From the NCBI GenBank assembly GCA_963668675.2, contig CAXXMB010000001.1, forward strand, positions 1,376,001 to 1,440,000: a stretch of DNA of 64,000 bases. The letters are read 5' to 3'. Position numbers and translations under genes: made by a program. Positions 28,810 to 38,232 of this stretch are shown here, piece after piece. Origin of the DNA: an uncultured Desulfatitalea sp. (GTDB taxonomy: Bacteria; Desulfobacterota; Desulfobacteria; Desulfobacterales; Desulfosarcinaceae). The notes under the pieces were generated by a model. It searched no databases. It was not told the DNA's origin and worked only from the letters and a program-made list of their open reading frames with translations. Numbering within the stretch: position 1 is the stretch's first letter; the number at the start of each line of letters is the position of its first letter.

Positions 28810-30234
28810 CTATAGCCTATCGAGAAGGCGTTGGTGAATATTTTCAAAACCGCCGTTGGACATTATGAGCAGCACATCCCCGGACTTCGCTTGGGATGCA
28901 ACGAAAGCGATGATTCCATCGGTATCAAGAAAAAAATGGGCCTCTTTGCCCCTCGCTTGCGTGTCGGCCACTAATTGCTCCGACGAAAAGCGCTCCTCTT
29001 TGGGAATCTTCTCCAACAGCGGCGCCTGCCGTATGCAAATCACATCCGCTGCATCGAAGCATCCGGGGTAGACGTTCTGAAACACGCTGCGCCGGCTGGA
29101 GTTGGTGCGCGGCTCGAAAATGGCGAAGAGGCGCCGCTCTCCGTAAAAGTCCTTGATTGCCTCGACAGTTGCCTTTACGGCCGTGGGGTGGTGTGCAAAG
29201 TCGTCAATCACCACGACGCCATTTTTCACACCGCGCACCTCCTGACGACGACGCACCCCCCTAAAGCTCTCCAGCGCGTGTGCGATCACATCAACGTCGA
29301 TATTCAAATGGTCTCCCACAGCGATACCAGCCAGCAAGTTGCCTAGGTTATGCCGTCCGACCATCCGGGTTTTGAAGGTTGCATAGAGGGCTTTGCGCCG
29401 GTAGGTCTCAAAATGGGTGTAGGGAGGGGCAATTGTCACCTGCCCGATGCGCCACTCCGAATCCGGATGGTGGCCATAAGCCGCGACCTCAGCTGAAGCG
29501 CTGGGTAACAGATCGGCCACGTTGGGGTCCTGATCATAGGCCACAAGACGAGCGTCGGAGGCGAGGCTCGCCAGAAAGCTTCTAAAGGACTGCTTGACAT
29601 GATTCAGGTCAGTGTAGATGTCGGCATGATCAAATTCAACGCTTGTGAGAACCGCCACTTCCGGTGTGTAATGCAAAAATTTCGGGCCCTTATCAAAAAA
29701 AGCGGTATCGTACTCATCGCCCTCCAGAACCATCCACTCCCCCTGCCCCACCTTATAGTTGCTTTGAAAATCGGGGATGATCCCTCCAATCAGAAACGAG
29801 GGATCCAGTTCTGCGCAGTGGAGCAGCCAGGCGATGAACGATGAGGTGGTGGTCTTGCCATGCGTGCCGGTGATGACGATCTGCTTCTTTCCCGCAGCTG
29901 CAAAGTGATTGATTGCCTGAGGCATCGAGCAGAAGGCCAAACCCAGCTCTTCGACGGCTTGCACCTCAGGGTTGCCCTTGGATACCGCGTTTCCGACCAC
30001 AACCAGATCCGGTCTCTTCCGCAGATGTTCTCCACTGAACCCCTCACAGATGGGAATGCCTCTTTCCCTTAAAAAGTCGCTCATGGGCGGGTAGACATGC
30101 TGATCCGACCCGGTGACGACATAGCCCATCTCTTTCAGCATAGAGGCCAGCGCCCCCATGGCGGTTCCGCAAATGGCAATCAGGTGAATGCGGCTCACCT
30201 TTTCAGGCATGGCAAATTTTGATTTTGAAGACAT
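28810..30234 (-). CDS. mpl: UDP-N-acetylmuramate:L-alanyl-gamma-D-glutamyl-meso-diaminopimelate ligase
   Basis: IHLIAICGTAMG, GSDQHVYPPMS, GTHGKTTT, EGDEYDTAFFDK, DDFAHHPTA, MSNGGF. Confidence 0.92.
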   Translation of the reverse strand: MSSKSKFAMPEKVSRIHLIAICGTAMGALASMLKEMGYVVTGSDQHVYPPMSDFLRERGIPICEGFSGEHLRKRPDLVVVGNAVSKGNPEVQAVEELGLAFCSMPQAINHFAAAGKKQIVITGTHGKTTTSSFIAWLLHCAELDPSFLIGGIIPDFQSNYKVGQGEWMVLEGDEYDTAFFDKGPKFLHYTPEVAVLTSVEFDHADIYTDLNHVKQSFRSFLASLASDARLVAYDQDPNVADLLPSASAEVAAYGHHPDSEWRIGQVTIAPPYTHFETYRRKALYATFKTRMVGRHNLGNLLAGIAVGDHLNIDVDVIAHALESFRGVRRRQEVRGVKNGVVVIDDFAHHPTAVKATVEAIKDFYGERRLFAIFEPRTNSSRRSVFQNVYPGCFDAADVICIRQAPLLEKIPKEERFSSEQLVADTQARGKEAHFFLDTDGIIAFVASQAKSGDVLLIMSNGGFENIHQRLLDRL

Positions 30235-30480
30235 CCTCGTGTCCCTTTCCCACGGGTTGATTGAAAATTGATGCAGCATACCGTTAACTCACATAAAAGA
30301 TAACCTGAAAAAGGGCAATAGAGCGGGACCTTCCCCATTACAAATCTGGCCGGAAGAGTAAGGTTTTCCCATCTCCCTTTCTCCGTGCCAGTGCCATAAC
30401 CACCTGAACAATCCTCTGTTTCAGCAAACCAACACTGGCGGTCTATAGACAATTTTTGTTTATAATTTCCAGAGTTTGAT

Positions 30481-30509
30481 TTGACACCCCACACCATCTT
30501 GGTTATTAT
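30481..30509 (+). promoter_or_regulatory. sigma-70 promoter of the GAF-bEBP gene
   Basis: TTGACA-N17-TATTAT. Confidence 0.65.
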
Positions 30510-30607
30510 ACCCTATATTTCTTGGCCGGTGCCGGCAACCACCATTTAGGCCCGGTTCCTCGTGGCTTGATCATATGATCGACGACAAGATTACTGGCAA
30601 GAGAACT

Positions 30608-32113
30608 ATGGCCAAAAAAATATCACCAAGCGATGCAGCCCTCATCTCTCACCTAAAAGAGATTTCTACTTGGGTCTCTTCGGTTCATGACTTGGACAAA
30701 CTCCTGGAGCTGATCATCGAATCGGCCGCCCGGGTCATTAAAGCCAAGGCAGCTTCACTGTTGCTGGTGGACCGCAAATCCAATACGCTTTTCTTTCAAG
30801 TCGCAACTGGAGAGAAGAAAAACGAGGTCAAAGAGTACCGCATCAAAATGGGCCAGGGGATTGCGGGACATGTGGCGCAGAGTGGCCAGTCGCTGCTCAT
30901 TGAAGACGTACGCAATGATCCACGTTGGTTCAAGGAGATCAGCGAATCGATCAGCTTTGAGACGCAATCGATCGCCTGCGTTCCGCTGAAAAGCGAAAAT
31001 GACATTATCGGCGTCATGCAAATTATAGACAAAGAAGATGGCAGCCCCATCGGCCAGAACGACATCCAGCTCATAGAAGAGTTTGCGACACTCGCGGCAC
31101 TCGCTTTAGGCCAAGCCCAAAACCTGCAGAAGGTCAAGCGGGAGATACAGGATCTGAAACAGGAGCTTCAGGTCCGCCATGAAATGATCGGAAAAAGTTC
31201 TGCACTGGAAAAGGTGATTGCCGACGGGCTGAAGGTCGCCAACTCCAAGGCCAGTGCCTTGATTCTGGGCGAGAGCGGCACCGGCAAGGAACTGCTGGCG
31301 CGCCTTATCCATCGTGGAGGCCCGCGCAAAAACATGCCCCTGGTGGTGCTTAACTGTGCGGCCATGCCGGAGACCCTGCTCGAAGATGAGCTGTTCGGAC
31401 ACGAAAAAGGGGCCTTTACCGGAGCCGTAAACCGCAAGATCGGAAAATTCGAACTGGCCCATGAAGGCACCATCTTTCTGGATGAGATCGGCGAAATGAC
31501 CCCCGGCATGCAGGCCAAGCTGTTGCGGGTGCTTCAAGAGGGCAATTTTTACCGGGTGGGCGGCAACATTCCAATATCAGTGGATGTCCGCGTTCTTTCC
31601 GCGACCAACAAGAAACTGGAAGAAGAGGTGGCCAACGGGCAATTCCGCGAAGATCTCTACTACCGGCTCAATGTGGTTCAAATCAACATGCCCACCCTCA
31701 GGGAACGGAAGGAGGACATTCCTCTGCTCGCCGACCACTTTCTCTCTATCTTCAAAGAGGAGACCGTCACCCCCAACATCACCATATCCGACGCGGCCTT
31801 GGACAAAATGGTTCAATACGACTGGCCCGGAAATATCAGGGAGTTTCGCAATGCCATCGAGCGAGCCGTTGTCATGGGCAATGGCAAGGAGATTCTTCCC
31901 GATGATCTGCCCATCGCTTCGAGCCGCAGCAACTACCCCGGCCTGCAGGTCGGCCTCACCCTTGAAGAGGCGCTCAATCAATTCAAGAAAGAGTTCATTA
32001 TCCTCAATTTGAAACACACCAGCGGAAACAGAAGCAAGGCTTCAAAATTAATGGATATTCAACGCACCTACCTCTCCCGCCTTATCTCGAAATTCGAGGT
32101 AAAAGGCATTTAA
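30608..32113 (+). CDS. GAF-domain sigma-54-dependent transcriptional activator
   Basis: GAF (GQGIAGHVA, IACVPL), GESGTGKE, ELFGHEKGAFTGA, FLDEIG, WPGNIRE, C-terminal HTH; alternative start at 30575. Confidence 0.93.
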   Translation: MAKKISPSDAALISHLKEISTWVSSVHDLDKLLELIIESAARVIKAKAASLLLVDRKSNTLFFQVATGEKKNEVKEYRIKMGQGIAGHVAQSGQSLLIEDVRNDPRWFKEISESISFETQSIACVPLKSENDIIGVMQIIDKEDGSPIGQNDIQLIEEFATLAALALGQAQNLQKVKREIQDLKQELQVRHEMIGKSSALEKVIADGLKVANSKASALILGESGTGKELLARLIHRGGPRKNMPLVVLNCAAMPETLLEDELFGHEKGAFTGAVNRKIGKFELAHEGTIFLDEIGEMTPGMQAKLLRVLQEGNFYRVGGNIPISVDVRVLSATNKKLEEEVANGQFREDLYYRLNVVQINMPTLRERKEDIPLLADHFLSIFKEETVTPNITISDAALDKMVQYDWPGNIREFRNAIERAVVMGNGKEILPDDLPIASSRSNYPGLQVGLTLEEALNQFKKEFIILNLKHTSGNRSKASKLMDIQRTYLSRLISKFEVKGI

Positions 32114-32430
32114 TCCCATCGCCTGAGTCTTACCGGTTCAAATGGTAAGAGAACGTTTCTTTAGGCGGGGCTGACGTGTTCGAAAAAATGACACCACAAT
32201 CAAACCATTGACAATCAACGGCACCCGGCTTGCCGATATTTGTCACACCGTTCCATTCAAGCCACTATTCGAGAATGCCGGACGAGCCAGCATCATCTCC
32301 ACTTGAAAAGTTTCATCTGATGGCCCAGAGCCTTTTCCAGCGTTGATTTCTCACAAAATCCCACCGAAGTTTCAACGTGCTGATCCCAATTATTCGGTTT
32401 AAAAAAAATATGCTGAACAGAGGCCAACAA

Positions 32431-32446
32431 TGGCACTGTATTTGCA
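32431..32446 (+). promoter_or_regulatory. sigma-54 (-24/-12) promoter
   Basis: TGGCACTGTATTTGCA is a near-consensus TGGCAC-N5-TTGCA. Confidence 0.85.
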
Positions 32447-32517
32447 GAGTTTTTCCACGTTCATAACAAGCTTGATATTCAAAGAGCGGCGTTCGGGCCG
32501 GGAAGAGGCATAGGGAA

Positions 32518-32874
32518 ATGCGAGCAGCGCAAAACAGACTTCAAAACAGTGAATCTCTTATGTCACCACCCGAGCACTTTCACAGCGTCGAATTCGTCAT
32601 CCGGTCACCGCATCCCATCTACCAATTCAAACTGTGGCGCTCGGAGTGCAATCAGTTTTTTTTACTGGTCAAAGACAGCTCAACAGTGCTGGCCCAGCTA
32701 AAGGTGGGAAATATTTTGCCGATGAAATACCATTGTGGTGAAACCGCAATGCAGACAGAAGTTCGCGACACCCAAATCGAGAGCATCATCAATGAAGAGG
32801 AGGGGCGCTTCAGGGGGCACCATCGGGTAGAGTTGGCCATCGTCCCCATAGAGAATAGAGCGGCTGTCCAATAA
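32518..32874 (+). CDS. Hypothetical protein (118 aa, beta-rich)
   Basis: ORF about 70 nt downstream of the sigma-54 promoter, co-oriented with the M23 gene; start uncertain (32518 or 32560). Confidence 0.65.
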   Translation: MRAAQNRLQNSESLMSPPEHFHSVEFVIRSPHPIYQFKLWRSECNQFFLLVKDSSTVLAQLKVGNILPMKYHCGETAMQTEVRDTQIESIINEEEGRFRGHHRVELAIVPIENRAAVQ

Positions 32875-32920
32875 GGTATAAATAAAATTAACCAAAAGTA
32901 GACAGACAAACGATATTGAC

Positions 32921-33847
32921 ATGAGCAAACACTTCACAGTTCTGGTTATCGACGATAAAGGCAGCCCGGTCCGCGAAAGGGCATTTTCCAAAGGACTAAT
33001 GGCCACGCTGGCTGTAATTGTTTTTATTGCATTAACGGCCTTCGGCACAGGTGCTTACCACTACGTGCGCCTCTATCGGGCGGTCGCCGAAAAGGGGCAT
33101 ATGCAGTCCCAGATCACACAGCAGCGGGCCGATATCGAAAACCAACACAAACAGCTGCAGGCGTTTGCCCAAAATATCAATGAATTAAAGTCCAACCTCA
33201 TCTCTCTCAATGAGTTTGAGAATAAAATACGCATTTTGGCAAACCTGGAGCATAAAGCCGATCAGGCCTCCCTATTTGCCATCGGTGGATCCATGCCCGA
33301 TGACCTGAATACGGACCTACCCCTCAAGGAGGACCACGACCAGCTTGTCCGAGACATGCATGCGCAAATCAACCAGGTTACCCAGGCTTCCGAAGTTCAG
33401 CAAAACAGCTTTGAAACACTGCTCACCTCCTTGAAGAGCAAGCGCAACCTGCTGGCTGCCACGCCATCCCTGCGCCCTGCCAAGGGATGGGTCTCTTCCG
33501 ATTTCGGCTATCGCGTATCGCCCTTTACCGGGCGACGGGAATTTCACAAGGGGTTGGACATCGCCAATCATCAAGGCACTCCGATCATCGCCCCTGCCGA
33601 CGGTGTTGTCACGTATGCAAAGAACAAATGGCTGATAGGAAATATGATCACCATCGATCACGGCTATGGCATACTAACGCGATATGGTCACCTTCACAAA
33701 ATACTTAAGAACAAAGGGGAACGTGTTAAGCGGGGGGAGACCATTGCCTTAATGGGAAATACAGGACGCAGCACCGGGCCCCATGTGCACTATGAAGTCC
33801 GACTCAATGGCGTGCCTGTAAATCCGATGAAATATATTCTGGATTGA
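32921..33847 (+). CDS. M23 family metallopeptidase with TM anchor and coiled coil
   Basis: HKGLD, IDHG, RYGHL, STGPHVHYEV. Confidence 0.93.
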   Translation: MSKHFTVLVIDDKGSPVRERAFSKGLMATLAVIVFIALTAFGTGAYHYVRLYRAVAEKGHMQSQITQQRADIENQHKQLQAFAQNINELKSNLISLNEFENKIRILANLEHKADQASLFAIGGSMPDDLNTDLPLKEDHDQLVRDMHAQINQVTQASEVQQNSFETLLTSLKSKRNLLAATPSLRPAKGWVSSDFGYRVSPFTGRREFHKGLDIANHQGTPIIAPADGVVTYAKNKWLIGNMITIDHGYGILTRYGHLHKILKNKGERVKRGETIALMGNTGRSTGPHVHYEVRLNGVPVNPMKYILD

Positions 33848-33894
33848 TAATGGTTCAGCGACTGGGGGTGCATGGGTCAAAGATGCGAACGCCA

Positions 33895-34209
33895 ATGAAA
33901 AAACTACTCATCATACTGAGCGTTCTTAGCCTGACCTGGGCGATGGTGGGTTGTTCGCTATTTGTGTCGCCTCCCCGAATGGCGCGCATCCATATCAAAG
34001 GACCGGCGAACCAATCCAACGAATTCATTTTCTCCCTCGAAGACCCTACCCAGGACGATATGGATATTCGTCTATCAGATCGTTATGCGATTCAGCTCGA
34101 TCTGCAATGGCTCTGGTATGAGAGGGAAGATTTCAAAAAAGAGGAGCATGTTGCCGAAGTCACCAACACGCCGCTTGCCCCCTGGTTTATCTGCAAGTAT
34201 CGGTTTTAG
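33895..34209 (+). CDS. Hypothetical lipoprotein
   Basis: MKK + hydrophobic stretch + MVGC lipobox-like site; followed by a terminator. Confidence 0.6.
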   Translation: MKKLLIILSVLSLTWAMVGCSLFVSPPRMARIHIKGPANQSNEFIFSLEDPTQDDMDIRLSDRYAIQLDLQWLWYEREDFKKEEHVAEVTNTPLAPWFICKYRF

Positions 34210-34257
34210 CTGGCTGTCGGTTGCGAATAGATAGTACCCCCTGAACCCATCCCTGTC

Positions 34258-34289
34258 AGCACCCGACCACCGAGGTCGGGTGCTTTTTT
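34258..34289 (+). terminator. Rho-independent terminator
   Basis: AGCACCCGACC-ACCGA-GGTCGGGTGCT-TTTTT. Confidence 0.85.
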
Positions 34290-35583
34290 ATGCCGCCAGT
34301 TCCCTGAATACCTCTTCTGCTGCCTGGATCGTTGCGTTGATGTCGCTCTCATCATGGGCCGCCGATACAAACAACGCCTCGAATTGGGATGGCGCAAGGT
34401 AGATGCCTTTGGCCAACATGCCCCTATAGTAGGCCGAGAATCGATCCAAATTGGATTCTTTCGCATCTGCGAAATTGTGCACCGGACCGCCGGTCATAAA
34501 AAGCCCCAACATGGATCCCACACGTGTTGCATACACCTCTATTCCAGCAGATTCGGCAGCACGCTTCAAGCCGTTCGACAACTGTTTCGATTTGTCCGCC
34601 AGCGTTTCATAAAAACCCGGCTTGCCCAACACCTTCAGTTGGGCAATGCCCGCCGCCATGGCGAGCGGGTTTCCGGAGAGCGTACCGGCCTGGTAAACCG
34701 CCCCCTGAGGCGCCATTTGAGCCATAAGATCGTGCCGTCCACCATAAGCACCCACAGGCAGTCCACCACCTATGATTTTACCGAAACATGTGAGATCCGG
34801 CCTGATACCGTACAAACTCTGGGCACCACCGTAAGCCACACGAAACCCCGTCATCACCTCGTCAAAGATCAATATGCTGCCGTTGCGATCACAGTTGCGA
34901 CGCAATGACCCCAGAAACCCATCTTTCGGGGGGACCAACCCCATGTTGCCGGCCACAGGCTCAACAATGACGGCTGCTATTTGGTCACCCTTCTCCCTGA
35001 TGATCCGTTCGACTGCTTCACTGTCGTTATAAGGGATCGAAACAGTGTGCGAGATAACAGCGTCCGGCACCCCAGGGCTTCCGGCAATGGCCAAAGTGGC
35101 GACTCCCGACCCAGCCTCAACGAGCAGCGTGTCGGCATGGCCATGGTAACAGCCGTCGAACTTGACGATCACATCACGACCGGTGGCCGCACGCGCCAGG
35201 CGTATCGCGCTCATGGTCGCTTCGGTGCCTGAATTGACCATGCGCACCATCTCCACCGACGGTACGGCATCGACAACCATCTGGGCCATCTCGACTTCCA
35301 GTTCGGTGGGTGCGCCATAGCTGGTCCCCTGGGCCAAGACGGCCGTGATCGCTTCGATAACTGCCGGATGGCGATGCCCGAGAATCATCGGGCCCCAGGA
35401 GCCGACATAATCGATGTAGCTGTTGCCGTCTGCATCGATGATGCGGTCCCCCTCCGCACGGCGGATAAAGAGAGGCGTCGCCCCTACTGAACGGCAGGCG
35501 CGGACTGGACTGTTGACACCGCCCGGAATCAGTTCTTTGGCACGTTCAAACAGACGTTTTGAGGTGTCGTAAGGCATGGTCAT
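34288..35583 (-). CDS. hemL: Glutamate-1-semialdehyde 2,1-aminomutase
   Basis: IPGGVNSPVRA, SWGPMILGH, NSGTEATM, FDEVMTGFR, GKIIGGGLP, YQAGTLSGNP, PSQFE. Confidence 0.96.
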   Translation of the reverse strand: MTMPYDTSKRLFERAKELIPGGVNSPVRACRSVGATPLFIRRAEGDRIIDADGNSYIDYVGSWGPMILGHRHPAVIEAITAVLAQGTSYGAPTELEVEMAQMVVDAVPSVEMVRMVNSGTEATMSAIRLARAATGRDVIVKFDGCYHGHADTLLVEAGSGVATLAIAGSPGVPDAVISHTVSIPYNDSEAVERIIREKGDQIAAVIVEPVAGNMGLVPPKDGFLGSLRRNCDRNGSILIFDEVMTGFRVAYGGAQSLYGIRPDLTCFGKIIGGGLPVGAYGGRHDLMAQMAPQGAVYQAGTLSGNPLAMAAGIAQLKVLGKPGFYETLADKSKQLSNGLKRAAESAGIEVYATRVGSMLGLFMTGGPVHNFADAKESNLDRFSAYYRGMLAKGIYLAPSQFEALFVSAAHDESDINATIQAAEEVFRELAA

Positions 35584-35758
35584 TCCTTTCGTGTATCAAT
35601 GGCGCGTTTGACATATGGTCAAAGAGAAGCAAAAATATCAGACCACATGGCAAGGGTCAAGGCGGCATCCTTGAGGGGGCTGATGGTGAAGTGATGGTTC
35701 AGCCCCCATGTGTTGAACCCAGATTATTAAGCCGGCTATAAAATAAGAAAATGCACAG

Positions 35759-36490
35759 ATGACACCCAAAGAGACGAAGAAGCTCGAGAAGTTCCTGCTC
35801 TATGTATTGTCCCGCAGGCCCGACGAATTTGGCCTTCTGCCCGATGCCCAGGGATACGTCAAGTTAAAGACGCTTCTCCAGGCACTGCATGAAGAGGCGG
35901 GGTGGAAGCACATCAGACGGGCCAATATCAACGCGGTGATGTTGATGAGAAAGCCGCCGGCCATCGAAATCGATACCAACGGCATACGCGCTTGCCAAAG
36001 GGACCACATGCCCCCTGTCGAATTACCCGACAAGTTACCCAAGCTGCTCTACACCTCCATCCGCCACCGGGCCCATCGATCAATACACGCAAAGGGCCTC
36101 TATCCAGGCGCACTTCCTCACATCCTCTTGTCGCCCGACCCCGCCATGGCCAGACGCCTGGGTCTGCGCACGGACAACGAACCTGTCCAACTCACGGTCC
36201 AGACAGCCAGCGCCATCGACGCCGGCACCTCTTTTCGTAAATTCGGCGAGAGCCTCTATCTTGCAGACTTTCTTGCACCCGACACCTTCAGCGCCCCCCC
36301 CCTGCCAAAAGAGCAACCCGATACAAGGGAGCCCCAACCGAAGAAGGCTCCGCAACGCAGTGAAACCCCTGGCAGTTACTTCCCCGACCTGGGAGACATG
36401 GAAAACAAGCCGAAACATCACCGCAGTGATACGAATTGGAAAAAAAATCGACGCCTGGCACGCAGGGAGAAGGAACGCCAAAGGCGTTAG
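35759..36490 (+). CDS. KptA/Tpt1 (RNA 2'-phosphotransferase)-like protein, degenerate motifs
   Basis: KFLLYVL..RPDEFGL.PD.QGYV, IRA, P.LLY, I..KGL, HILLS, A..LG.R, YLAD match the Tpt1 layout; basic C-terminal tail. Confidence 0.65.
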   Translation: MTPKETKKLEKFLLYVLSRRPDEFGLLPDAQGYVKLKTLLQALHEEAGWKHIRRANINAVMLMRKPPAIEIDTNGIRACQRDHMPPVELPDKLPKLLYTSIRHRAHRSIHAKGLYPGALPHILLSPDPAMARRLGLRTDNEPVQLTVQTASAIDAGTSFRKFGESLYLADFLAPDTFSAPPLPKEQPDTREPQPKKAPQRSETPGSYFPDLGDMENKPKHHRSDTNWKKNRRLARREKERQRR

Positions 36491-36577
36491 CGGGCCAACC
36501 AGCATCAGTACGCCGGAAAACCATTGACAACCACAAAAAGACCTGTTACCAACGCCCGGTACTCAGGTACCGAGAAC

Positions 36578-36654
36578 GGGCCGTTAGCTCAACTAGGCAG
36601 AGCACCTGACTCTTAATCAGTAGGTTGAAGGTTCGATTCCTTCACGGCCCACCA
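36578..36654 (+). tRNA. tRNA-Lys (CTT)
   Basis: GGGCCGT...ACGGCCC-A-CCA, anticodon arm CTGA-CTCTTAA-TCAG, GGTTCGATTCC; TTGACA at 36524. Confidence 0.97.
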
Positions 36655-36665
36655 CCATCGAATTT

Positions 36666-36698
36666 AAAAAGGGGGCAATCCCAGGATTGCCCCCTTTT
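36666..36698 (+). terminator. Rho-independent terminator after tRNA-Lys
   Basis: AAAAGGGGGCAATCC/GGATTGCCCCCTTTT inverted repeat. Confidence 0.85.
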
Positions 36699-36821
36699 AA
36701 GTAGATCGACTTCCTGGCAGCTATCACCAGCGCCATGAAGCCATGAGTATTGCATAGCCCCTTGACAATGAATCTGTCATGGTGCTATTTAGGTCATTTT
36801 ATAAATTTGACTAACCGTTGA

Positions 36822-36867
36822 TCCTTGCTCCGACACTATTCAAGGGGCTTTAATATCCACAAGGAGG
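36822..36867 (+). promoter_or_regulatory. S6:S18 ribosomal protein leader (rpsF autoregulatory RNA)
   Basis: TCCTTG pairs with CAAGGA (sequestering the RBS), upper stem GCTCC/GGGGC, unpaired CCA (CCR motif) just before the RBS. Confidence 0.7.
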
Positions 36868-36871
36868 TTAT

Positions 36872-37369
36872 ATGCGACGGTACGAAACCATCGTTATCAT
36901 CGACCCAGACATCACCGAAGAAGACCGCACGGCCCTCTTATCCCGAACACAGGAAATCATTCCCCAGCAGGAAGGCGTCTTCATCCAGGAAGATCACTGG
37001 GGGCTTAAGAAAATGGCTTACGAAATTAAAAAGAAGCCACGCGGTTACTATGTGCTGCTGGACTATTGCGGAACAGGCAAAGCAGTCGATGAACTGGAGC
37101 GTTTTTTTCGCATCGATGACCGCGCCATGAAGTACATGACGGTTCAGACAGACCCAAACGCCGATGCCGAAAAAATTCTGGAAGAAATTGCCGAGGCAAA
37201 AAAACAGGCGGAGGCCCCTAAGGAAGTGATGGCAAGCAGCGAAGCCGCACCTGAATCTGAACAGGGTGAAACGAAACCTGCTGAAATCCAACCTGCAGAA
37301 TCACCGACCGAAGCTGAGCCCCAAACGGCAGCAGATAGCACGGCGAGTGAACCCACCCCTGAGAATTAA
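36872..37369 (+). CDS. rpsF: 30S ribosomal protein S6 with long acidic C-terminal tail
   Basis: MRRYETIVIIDP, WGLKKMAYEIKK, GYYVL. Confidence 0.96.
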   Translation: MRRYETIVIIDPDITEEDRTALLSRTQEIIPQQEGVFIQEDHWGLKKMAYEIKKKPRGYYVLLDYCGTGKAVDELERFFRIDDRAMKYMTVQTDPNADAEKILEEIAEAKKQAEAPKEVMASSEAAPESEQGETKPAEIQPAESPTEAEPQTAADSTASEPTPEN

Positions 37370-37381
37370 GAGGAGCGACCC

Positions 37382-37648
37382 ATGAGACATACAGGCGGAA
37401 AAAGACCGGCGGCCAGAAGAAAACGCAGAGTATATCATCGACGTAAAGTCTGCCGCTTCTGTGCAGACAGCAAGATCAAAATCGACTACAAGGATGCCAA
37501 AACCTTACGCTATTTCATTACCGAACGTGGGAAGATTATTCCTCGCAGAATTACCGGCACTTGTGCCACGCATCAACGCAGCCTGACCCTGGCGATCAAA
37601 CGCGCCCGCGTCATCGCACTGTTGCCGTTCGTTGGCACCCTTGATTAA
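37382..37648 (+). CDS. rpsR: 30S ribosomal protein S18 (Zn-binding C+ form)
   Basis: [28 protein letters not shown]. Confidence 0.97.
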   Translation: MRHTGGKRPAARRKRRVYHRRKVCRFCADSKIKIDYKDAKTLRYFITERGKIIPRRITGTCATHQRSLTLAIKRARVIALLPFVGTLD

Positions 37649-37711
37649 GGCCTGGGTCACTAAAAAAAAGAAATATGACAGTTGCCGGATTTACGGCAAT
37701 GGAGGTTTTGG

Positions 37712-38155
37712 ATGAAAGTCATTCTGAAAGAGACAATAGACTCTCTGGGCATCATCGGCAGTGAAGTCGATGTAAAACCCGGCTATGCCCGCAACTATCT
37801 TCTGCCCCAGGGCAAGGCTGTCCCGGCGACGCCGCAGTATCGCAGCATACTGGCACATGAAAAAGCCAAGTTCGAGCTTCAGATCGCCAAAGAACGCGAG
37901 TTGGCGCAGCAGATGGCCGATCGACTCGAAGGGGTCGAGTGCCAGGTGGCCGCAAAAGTGCATGAAGGCGAACGCCTCTACGGTTCGGTGACGATAAGAG
38001 ACATTATCAATGCGCTGGCGAAAAACGACATCGTTGTAGAAAAGAGGATGGTGTTGCTTACGGAGCCGATCAAAACGATCGGCACCTTTCAAATTCCCAT
38101 TCGCGTCTACAAGGGCGTTAAGCCGGAGATCAAGGTTGAAGTGGTGCCTGAATAA
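37712..38155 (+). CDS. rplI: 50S ribosomal protein L9
   Basis: MKVIL, VKPGYARNYLLPQG, LYGSVT; RBS GGAGG. Confidence 0.96.
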   Translation: MKVILKETIDSLGIIGSEVDVKPGYARNYLLPQGKAVPATPQYRSILAHEKAKFELQIAKERELAQQMADRLEGVECQVAAKVHEGERLYGSVTIRDIINALAKNDIVVEKRMVLLTEPIKTIGTFQIPIRVYKGVKPEIKVEVVPE

Positions 38156-38232
38156 TGTACGCTTTTAGGCCGGACGCTGCTGACGGTACGACATCACAGC
38201 GTCCGGCTGAATGCTTCTAAAACGGCCCTTCA

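Noticed and set aside
30383..30396. Two TGGCAC words on the minus strand upstream of mpl as a sigma-54 promoter
   Set aside because: Neither has GC at the -12 position (GG-N10-GC fails)
30195..30497. 100-aa minus-strand ORF or ncRNA in the mpl/bEBP intergenic region
   Set aside because: No RBS or motifs, overlaps promoter elements, and no recognisable RNA family structure
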